Positions 25,463 to 31,762 of a stretch of DNA of 31,762 nt are shown piece after piece (positions within the stretch are counted from its first letter, which is position 1; each line of letters starts with the position of its first letter). This stretch comes from a virus (taxonomy: Duplodnaviria; Caudoviricetes). The position numbers and the translations under genes were made by a program. Below the pieces are notes generated by a model. The model made no database searches and was not told the DNA's origin. It saw nothing but the letters and a program-made list of their open reading frames with translations. The DNA is taken from IMG/VR virus record IMGVR_UViG_3300031694_000026, positions 1 through 31,762 of that record, one strand, 5' to 3'.

Positions 25463-25672
25463 TTAAGGAGTAGGGTTAGTAGCTATGTTCAAACCTGAAG
25501 AAGTATTTAAAGAAGAAGTACCTGACTTCTTGATTTTTTTCTTCTTAATATTCAAATCCTGCTCGTTAGCTTTAACCAATTCAGGAGATAAATCCTGTGC
25601 TTGGTCTGCTCTAACTGGAGTAGGTTGCACTGGTTGTACTGGTGCTTGAGGAACTTTAGGTGACATACACAT
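25463..25672 (-). CDS. Small virion protein, T7 gp6.7-like
   Basis: MCMSPKVP start and position just before the portal gene. Confidence 0.6.
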   Translation of the reverse strand: MCMSPKVPQAPVQPVQPTPVRADQAQDLSPELVKANEQDLNIKKKKIKKSGTSSLNTSSGLNIATNPTP

Positions 25673-25857
25673 TATTGTTCTGACCTTTCTTTAAGGGTGT
25701 TAATAAAATTTACTACATCTCGCTGACCTGACTTAAAGTAAATAGTTTTAGTATCATCTTTAAGTGAAGCAGACTTTTCTGGGTAAACTTTGTTCAGTAA
25801 AATAACTAAATCGTTTACCTTAGTAGGCAATGTTAAATCTTCGTCTAATTTATTCAT
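25672..25857 (-). CDS. Conserved-looking small hypothetical protein at the start of the late region
   Basis: 61 aa with IYFKSGQRDVVNFI; TAATG coupling to the next gene. Confidence 0.75.
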   Translation of the reverse strand: MNKLDEDLTLPTKVNDLVILLNKVYPEKSASLKDDTKTIYFKSGQRDVVNFINTLKERSEQ

Positions 25858-25875
25858 CTAAAAAGGGAACTTTAT
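25858..25875 (-). promoter_or_regulatory. Candidate phage RNAP late promoter (phi6.5-like position)
   Basis: Minus strand ATAAAGTTCCCTTTTTAG at the metabolism/structural boundary, ending immediately before an ATG. Confidence 0.65.
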
Positions 25876-26822
25876 TCCCATAAACTCCCTGTGACTGTTC
25901 CCTTGTTGTATTCAGTGGCTCTATTCTCAAAGAAGTTGGCATGTTCTACGCCATTTAACACCCAATCTAACCAAGATAGAGGGTTCTCTTTGACACCATA
26001 GTTAGGTTTTAAAGATAGCTGTAACAATCTTCTGTCAGCTATGTATCTGATGTACTGTTTAACTTCATCAGCTTTTAATCCTCTAATACCACCTTGAGCA
26101 AAAGCTAAATCAATAAACTTATCTTCAAGGTCAACCATGTCTCTAGCTGTTTGATAGATACTTGCTTTAAATTTTTCTGTCCAAATGTGAGGGTTCTCTT
26201 TTATTAAAGAATGAAATATTTTAATCATACTTTCTACATGGTGTGTTTCATCTCTGATACTCCAAGTAACTATCTGGCACATACCTTTCATTCTTCCATA
26301 TCTTTGGAAGTTAAGTAGCATAACAAATGAAGCAAACAGTTGTAAGCCTTCACCAAAAGCAGAGAAACAAGCTATTTCTCTAGCCAGTCCTTCTATTCCT
26401 GTACCTTTACTGGCAAATAAATAAGTATGTTTATCAGACATCTCTTTATATTCTTGGAACGCTTTGTATTCTTTGTCAGGCAAACCAATCGTATCATTTA
26501 ATAATGAGTAACTGTGTGCATGATTAGCTTCTGATGTAGCTATAGCAGACAACATCATTCTAATTTCAGGTGGTTTAAATTTAGGAATATATTTATCAAG
26601 ATATGCTTGAGCAATATCTACGTCACCTTGAGTAAAGAATTTTAATATTTGTCCTATTAAGTTCTTCTCTTCTGTAGATAATCTTTCGTTCCAATCTCTT
26701 ACGTCTTCATGTAATGGAACTTCACTTGGTAGCCAGTGCATCTTTTGTTGCATGTCATAACTTTCAAATGCCCAATCGTATTCAAAGGGTTTATAGTACG
26801 TTCTTGTTTTAAATAAACTCAT
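25872..26822 (-). CDS. nrdB: Ribonucleotide reductase class Ia beta subunit
   Basis: HWLPSEV, FFTQGD, EANHAHSY (metal ligands plus radical Tyr), GEGLQLF, RDETHH, NFFENRATEY. Confidence 0.97.
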   Translation of the reverse strand: MSLFKTRTYYKPFEYDWAFESYDMQQKMHWLPSEVPLHEDVRDWNERLSTEEKNLIGQILKFFTQGDVDIAQAYLDKYIPKFKPPEIRMMLSAIATSEANHAHSYSLLNDTIGLPDKEYKAFQEYKEMSDKHTYLFASKGTGIEGLAREIACFSAFGEGLQLFASFVMLLNFQRYGRMKGMCQIVTWSIRDETHHVESMIKIFHSLIKENPHIWTEKFKASIYQTARDMVDLEDKFIDLAFAQGGIRGLKADEVKQYIRYIADRRLLQLSLKPNYGVKENPLSWLDWVLNGVEHANFFENRATEYNKGTVTGSLWE

Positions 26823-26968
26823 CTTAGTAACTCTATCCCTTCTATTATGATTAATATTAACAACTCAAATGCTAAGACAGTATGATAAACTGTCCATAGC
26901 ACTGTTTGTTTTGGTGTTCTCTTTTTTCTTTTCTTAAATCCAAATGATTTGATTGGTGGATAATTCAC
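26819..26968 (-). CDS. 49-aa basic single-TM microprotein between nrdA and nrdB (not in ORF track)
   Basis: SD GAGG then GTG. Manual translation MNYPPIKSFGFKKRKKRTPKQTVLWTVYHTVLAFELLILIIIEGIELLR*. Its stop overlaps the nrdB start (ATGA). Confidence 0.75.
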   Translation of the reverse strand: MNYPPIKSFGFKKRKKRTPKQTVLWTVYHTVLAFELLILIIIEGIELLR

Positions 26969-26979
26969 TTCTGTCCTCT

Positions 26980-28731
26980 TTATTCACAGGCTAAACAATC
27001 AGCTTCTGGTATGATTGTTCTTTCTATTTTTTTTGATACTAACTCTGCACGTTTGATTGCTTCACTTCTACAATAATACAAAGTTTTTAATTTACGTTTC
27101 CATGCCAACATGTGTATGTCATGTAACTCTTTAATGTTAACATCAGCAGGGACAAAAACATTTACTGACTGACCTTGACAAATATATTTCTGTCTGTCTG
27201 CCGCATGTTCTATAATCCACTGTTGATTTATCTCGATACCAGTTTTAAAAATATCTTTTTCATAGTCTGATAACTGTTTGAGATGTAAGACACTACCCCT
27301 TTGCGAGACAATGGACGACCATATATCATCATTGTTTATTCCTTTCTTTTCTAATAACTTTTCTAAGTATTTATTTTTAACTAAAAAAGAACCAGACATA
27401 GTTTTCTGCACATAAGCATTGGCTCTGTAAGGTTCTATTGATGGAGATGTTGTTCCACAAATGATAGACGAACTAGCATTAGGTGCAACAGCTAAAAGGT
27501 GTGCATTTCTCATGCCTGTACCTTCCATGTCTGGTGCTTCTCCACGCTTAACACCAAGCCTTTTACTCTCAGCTACCGCTTGTTCTTTGATAGACTTAAA
27601 CATTTGCATGTTAAGTGACTTAGCTAATGCACCTTCAAAAGGTATACTCTTAGATTGTAAGTAGGCATGGAAACCCATAGCCCCTAATCCTATACTTCTT
27701 TCTTGTGACGCACTGAACTTTGCTCTGAATACACTGTCAGGTGCATGAGTTATAAAATGAGTTAAAGCATTATCTAAAAATCTAACTAAATCAGATATAA
27801 ATAAACTATCATTTTTCCATTCATCATACTTTTCTAAATTTACAGAAGACAAACAACACACTGCTGTTCTATCTTCATTAGTAGGTAATGTAATTTCGGT
27901 ACATAAATTTGAATGATGTACTTTCAATCCTAATTTCTTTTGTGTCTCAGGCAACGCTTCATTGATTGTATCTATGTATGAAACATAAGGCTCACCAGTG
28001 GCTACTCTATTTTCTAATAGTTTCTGCCACAAATCTCTAGCTGATACAGTTCTGATAACTTCTTTTGTATGTGGGTCTATTAAACTCCAACTGTCATCAT
28101 AAGTAGGTTCAGCTATACACTTCTCAATCAAGTGCATAAACTTGTCTGATAAATTTACTGCATGATGGAGGTTCAAACATTTTCTATGAATGTCACCACC
28201 ACTAGGCTTACGCATTTCTAAAAATTCTATTATCTCTGGGTGAGATATATCCATGTACGCCGCATAACTACCACGCCTTGTTTTACCTTGAGAGAATGCA
28301 AGTATCTCACTGTCAACTACATGTAAAAATGGTATCGAACCTGAAGATGCAGAACCACCTGATGTACTAACACCATCACTTCTTACGTCACCCCAGTAAC
28401 CACCTATGCCACCACCAATAGATGCTAACCAAGCATTCTCTGTGTAGTGTCCTGTTAATCCTTCTCTACTATCTGCAACGTAATTTAAAAAACATGAGAT
28501 AGGCATACCTCTTTTAGTTCCACCATTAGATAAGATAGGAGTTGAAAACATGAACCATAATTTAGAAGCGTAATCATAAATACGTTGTGCCATCTCATCA
28601 TTATCAGAGAACGCTTTAGCGGCTCTCATAAATCCATCTTGCGGTGATGTTTCTTCAGGTAATAAGTACCTATCTTTTAAAGTTGTCTTACCAAAATCAG
28701 TAAGCAGTTCATCTCTTTCGTAGTTAATCAT
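26980..28731 (-). CDS. nrdA: Ribonucleotide reductase class I alpha subunit (short, no ATP cone evident)
   Basis: PISCF, SNLCTEI, VCCLSS, APNASSS, TLYY and C-terminal CLACE. Confidence 0.97.
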   Translation of the reverse strand: MINYERDELLTDFGKTTLKDRYLLPEETSPQDGFMRAAKAFSDNDEMAQRIYDYASKLWFMFSTPILSNGGTKRGMPISCFLNYVADSREGLTGHYTENAWLASIGGGIGGYWGDVRSDGVSTSGGSASSGSIPFLHVVDSEILAFSQGKTRRGSYAAYMDISHPEIIEFLEMRKPSGGDIHRKCLNLHHAVNLSDKFMHLIEKCIAEPTYDDSWSLIDPHTKEVIRTVSARDLWQKLLENRVATGEPYVSYIDTINEALPETQKKLGLKVHHSNLCTEITLPTNEDRTAVCCLSSVNLEKYDEWKNDSLFISDLVRFLDNALTHFITHAPDSVFRAKFSASQERSIGLGAMGFHAYLQSKSIPFEGALAKSLNMQMFKSIKEQAVAESKRLGVKRGEAPDMEGTGMRNAHLLAVAPNASSSIICGTTSPSIEPYRANAYVQKTMSGSFLVKNKYLEKLLEKKGINNDDIWSSIVSQRGSVLHLKQLSDYEKDIFKTGIEINQQWIIEHAADRQKYICQGQSVNVFVPADVNIKELHDIHMLAWKRKLKTLYYCRSEAIKRAELVSKKIERTIIPEADCLACE

Positions 28732-28948
28732 TTTTACTTTCTGTTACTGTGGTTGTGCCTTCTTTATCAATAATAAAATCTATGTATTGTTTAGCTTTTT
28801 TTAAATCTTCTATGCCGCCTTTGTATTTCCAACGTGAAATATATTTGACAACATTACCTTCACAGTATGAGAGTTTGTTTTTAACAATGTAATCTATGGG
28901 TTCAATGCCACCTTGATTATAATGTGGTGGTTTTTTTATAATGTCCAT
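28724..28948 (-). CDS. DUF3310 / T7 gp1.7-like nucleotide kinase domain protein
   Basis: PPHYNQGGIEPIDYI, GNVVKYISR and KGGIEDLKKAKQY motifs. Confidence 0.85.
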   Translation of the reverse strand: MDIIKKPPHYNQGGIEPIDYIVKNKLSYCEGNVVKYISRWKYKGGIEDLKKAKQYIDFIIDKEGTTTVTESKND

Positions 28949-29676
28949 AGTTTTACTTCTCCTGTTTTCTTATTGTAATCACCATGTCTACAGATGTGTG
29001 CTACCCTAGCTTGTTGCAATGCTTCTGCTTCTGTGTAGCCTTTGTCCTTGTAAATACCTTGAACGATATCCCACAAATCTTTGTGTGAAACATTGGTGTA
29101 TTTCATTATTAATTTTTCTGCTGTCTTAATTCCTACGCCATCAATTCCGTCATAGTTATCAGTCTTATCACCAGTCAATGTTTGTATCATGTGCCAGTAG
29201 TTAGCTAATTTTAATGGGACATCATCAACAGTCATACCATCTTGTGAAAGTTTACATGGAATAGTCCGCATGTCTTTATCAATACTCACAATGATACGCT
29301 TCTCATCTGTAGGTTCTGTTGCCATGATACCCATGACATCATCTGCCTCTAAGTTTTTCCAAACAACACCATTGTGTTTCTTCATTACATACTCACGCAA
29401 TGCACCTAACACCATTGGTTTACGTTTAGCTTTTCTATTATCTTTATAAGAAGGAAGAATATCTTTTCTAAAATTATCTTTATCAGTTAGACAAACAACA
29501 TAATCATCAGCTTCTAAGTTAGAACCTAAGTCATCTATTGCATTGTCTACTTCTGCTTCACATTTTTTCTGGTCACAATGTAGTGTCCATAAGTCACCCC
29601 AATTAGTAGCGACTTCTGCTGATGTAGCTATTTTATAAATTAAAATATCACCATCTATTAATAACTTTGTGTTCAT
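28936..29676 (-). CDS. 5'-3' exonuclease (T7 gp6-like)
   Basis: LIDGD, YKDNR, LEADDVMG, SIDKD and GDKTDNYDGIDGVG motifs. Confidence 0.94.
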   Translation of the reverse strand: MNTKLLIDGDILIYKIATSAEVATNWGDLWTLHCDQKKCEAEVDNAIDDLGSNLEADDYVVCLTDKDNFRKDILPSYKDNRKAKRKPMVLGALREYVMKKHNGVVWKNLEADDVMGIMATEPTDEKRIIVSIDKDMRTIPCKLSQDGMTVDDVPLKLANYWHMIQTLTGDKTDNYDGIDGVGIKTAEKLIMKYTNVSHKDLWDIVQGIYKDKGYTEAEALQQARVAHICRHGDYNKKTGEVKLWTL

Positions 29677-30077
29677 TTAACTATCCTTTCCTGCATAGAT
29701 TTGCTTAAATTTTTTGGCATAAATATTTCGGCTAAAGGCACAAGTACAAACCTGCTTCTCCAACCATCACCACCATTCTTTAATGTTTTGATGTATTTCT
29801 TTGCCAACCTTTTGATTGTCTTTGTGTCGAATATCATTCTACAATAATCCTTGTCACCATCTGCCAATATATGACACCAGTAATCAGACGTTGTAGCCAT
29901 GATACCTGAAGGCTTACCGTTACATTCTATTTCAATAGCAATGTTACCAGTCTTAAACCACCAGTCTCTTTCAGTCTTAATTTCTATTTTTGTTTTATCT
30001 TTATCTAAGATAGATGCTAAACGCTTCTCTCTTTCCTGACCATACTTGAGGTCAAGGTCAAATTTTTTATTATACAT
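29673..30077 (-). CDS. Hypothetical protein, possible PD-(D/E)xK nuclease fold
   Basis: IEIKTE (E-x-K) followed by TGNIAIE...GKPSGI...SDYW; translationally coupled on both sides. Confidence 0.55.
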   Translation of the reverse strand: MYNKKFDLDLKYGQEREKRLASILDKDKTKIEIKTERDWWFKTGNIAIEIECNGKPSGIMATTSDYWCHILADGDKDYCRMIFDTKTIKRLAKKYIKTLKNGGDGWRSRFVLVPLAEIFMPKNLSKSMQERIVK

Positions 30078-31762
30078 TAATGTGTTTCACTCCAATTATT
30101 TCCTATTTTAAATTCACCTGTTAAAGGCACTCTTAATTGGAAGTAATCACCTGTTCGTTTAATACATTCGACAGCAAGTCTACCAACTTGTTCGGCATCT
30201 TTTTCAAGACACTCAACTTGTATTTCATCATGTACCCAGACAACCTGTTGCACATGTGGAATTTCTTTTATTGAATTGTTAAATTCTACTAACCATCTCT
30301 TGCAAATTATTGCTCCTGCACTTTGGAGCAAACTATTTAATGAGGCGTGGCTAGAACGTATTTTAATCTGTCTCTTATCAAGAGCAGTTATAAAACCTTG
30401 TTCTGACACAAGTTTCACAGCTTCTATAAGTTTATGTAAGGCAGGTAAGTTATTTAAAAATCTTTTCTTAATCTTCCCTGCTTCTTTGAATGGCTTGTTA
30501 ATTACTTCAGCTATTCTTTTGACACTGCCACCATATAAAAAACAATAGTAAAATCTTTTTGCAAGGTCTCTGCTTTCTAACCCTGCTAATTTCTGTGTTT
30601 CTGTGTGTATGTCACCTTCAAGTGCCACTTTAGTGTAAGCACCACTGTCAAACTTAGACATGAAATGACATAACATCATAACTTCTAAAGAAGAGACATC
30701 TATGCCTACTAATTTCTTACCTACTGGCACTGCAAACAATTCTCTACATTCTTTACCGAATGGAACAGTTGTACTTGGTATCTGTCCTAAATTTGGAAAG
30801 GAATGACTGGCTCTAGCAGTAACACAAGAATTTGTATTACATGTGCCATGAATTTTACCTTTACGCTCATGTTTTAACCAAGCCTGTGTACCTGTTGCTA
30901 ATTGTGCAATTCTTTTATCTAATAAAAAATGTTCACATAATATCTTAGCTTCAGGGTAATCTAATTTAGAAAGTATACTGTCATCTAATTTAGGCTTACC
31001 ATCAGGAGTAAATTCTTTAGCTTCCCAACCATACTTATCTTTTAATCTCTTAGCTATGTGATGTCTGCTTGATGGATTAAAAATAGTAATACTATCTTTT
31101 AATTTCTTACCTGTTTTAACTGACCATCTTTCTTCAGTGATAGGTAAGAATATAGTTTGTAATTTTTCTGCTAATTCAATTCTTCTACTATTTAATATTG
31201 TATATAATTCTTCTGCTTTTTTTCTATTAAAAGTAAAACCATATCTCTCTTGTTTAAATATTATTTGTGCTACTTCATGCTCTAAATCCATAGCCTGTTG
31301 TGAGTAACCTTTTTTATTTATAACATTGTATAAAGAATGAGTTACTTCTACATCTTGAACACAATAGTCTAGCATTTCAGGAGTAAATGTTTTCCAGTCA
31401 GTATCTATCTGTTCTTTGTACTTACCTATTCTATTTCCCCATGCTTTAAGAGAATGTCTACCAATGCAATCTTTTGGAAAATCTTTTCTAGCAAAGTCAG
31501 TTTCTCTGATGTCTGAAAAAAGTAATCGAGTTGCTACGATTGTGTCAAAAATTTTACCCTTAAATGTAGCTGAGAATAACTTCTCTAAAACAGGAATATC
31601 AAACTTAATAATGTTATGACCAATAAGTAGTTCTGCTTCTTCTAATTTTTTAACAGCAGACTTATTGTCTAACTTGTGAATTTCATTTGTATCTATATCT
31701 TTTAAGACAATACAATGTGCGGTGTCACACTCATCAAGAAATCCATTTGTTTCTATATCAAA
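30077..31762 (-). CDS. polA: Family A DNA polymerase (T7 gp5-like), 5'-truncated by the window edge
   Basis: The frame stays open upstream of the ORF-track ATG (31375) to the window end: FDIETNG (ExoI), GHNIIKFD (ExoII), YCVQDV (ExoIII), DVSSLE (motif A), RDLAKRFYYCFLYG (motif B), VHDE (motif C). Confidence 0.97.
   Translation of the reverse strand, partial: FDIETNGFLDECDTAHCIVLKDIDTNEIHKLDNKSAVKKLEEAELLIGHNIIKFDIPVLEKLFSATFKGKIFDTIVATRLLFSDIRETDFARKDFPKDCIGRHSLKAWGNRIGKYKEQIDTDWKTFTPEMLDYCVQDVEVTHSLYNVINKKGYSQQAMDLEHEVAQIIFKQERYGFTFNRKKAEELYTILNSRRIELAEKLQTIFLPITEERWSVKTGKKLKDSITIFNPSSRHHIAKRLKDKYGWEAKEFTPDGKPKLDDSILSKLDYPEAKILCEHFLLDKRIAQLATGTQAWLKHERKGKIHGTCNTNSCVTARASHSFPNLGQIPSTTVPFGKECRELFAVPVGKKLVGIDVSSLEVMMLCHFMSKFDSGAYTKVALEGDIHTETQKLAGLESRDLAKRFYYCFLYGGSVKRIAEVINKPFKEAGKIKKRFLNNLPALHKLIEAVKLVSEQGFITALDKRQIKIRSSHASLNSLLQSAGAIICKRWLVEFNNSIKEIPHVQQVVWVHDEIQVECLEKDAEQVGRLAVECIKRTGDYFQLRVPLTGEFKIGNNWSETH

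Noticed and set aside
25872-31762. Introns, inteins or homing endonucleases in nrdA, nrdB or polA (also checked in terL)
   Set aside because: All frames are continuous and of compact length, with no intein or HNH/LAGLIDADG/GIY-YIG motifs seen.
31376-31762. Apparent gap or truncated polymerase upstream of ATG 31375
   Set aside because: The same frame stays open to the window edge and encodes the ExoI and ExoII motifs; this is an artefact of the ORF track.

Overview
About 31.8 kb of an AT-rich T7-like podovirus (Autographiviridae-type) genome, with all credible genes on the minus strand. In transcription order: family A DNA polymerase (cut by the window edge), a small nuclease-like ORF, gp6-type exonuclease, DUF3310, class Ia RNR (nrdA, a small membrane ORF, nrdB), portal, scaffold, capsid, tail tube A/B, internal virion proteins, three tail-fibre-like genes with two paralogous chaperone-like ORFs, a holin-like gene, a tightly coupled block of membrane/secreted proteins, small and large terminase, a GH24 lysozyme, and about 730 bp of non-coding, repeat-rich DNA that looks like the genome end junction. 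Gene content and low GC suggest a marine alphaproteobacterial phage, probably SAR11 HTVC019P-like (inference). Main observations: (1) two different fibre-tip plus chaperone cassettes bracketed by the same pair of ~78-bp direct repeats; (2) a cupredoxin-like H...C-x2-H-x2-M domain near the end of the main tail fibre; (3) an uncharacterised envelope-protein operon with no canonical spanin; (4) an 18-bp candidate phage RNAP promoter at three T7-equivalent positions; (5) four microproteins missed by the ORF track. No CRISPR, tRNA, intron or mobile element was recognised. All homology calls come from motif recognition and synteny, not database searches.
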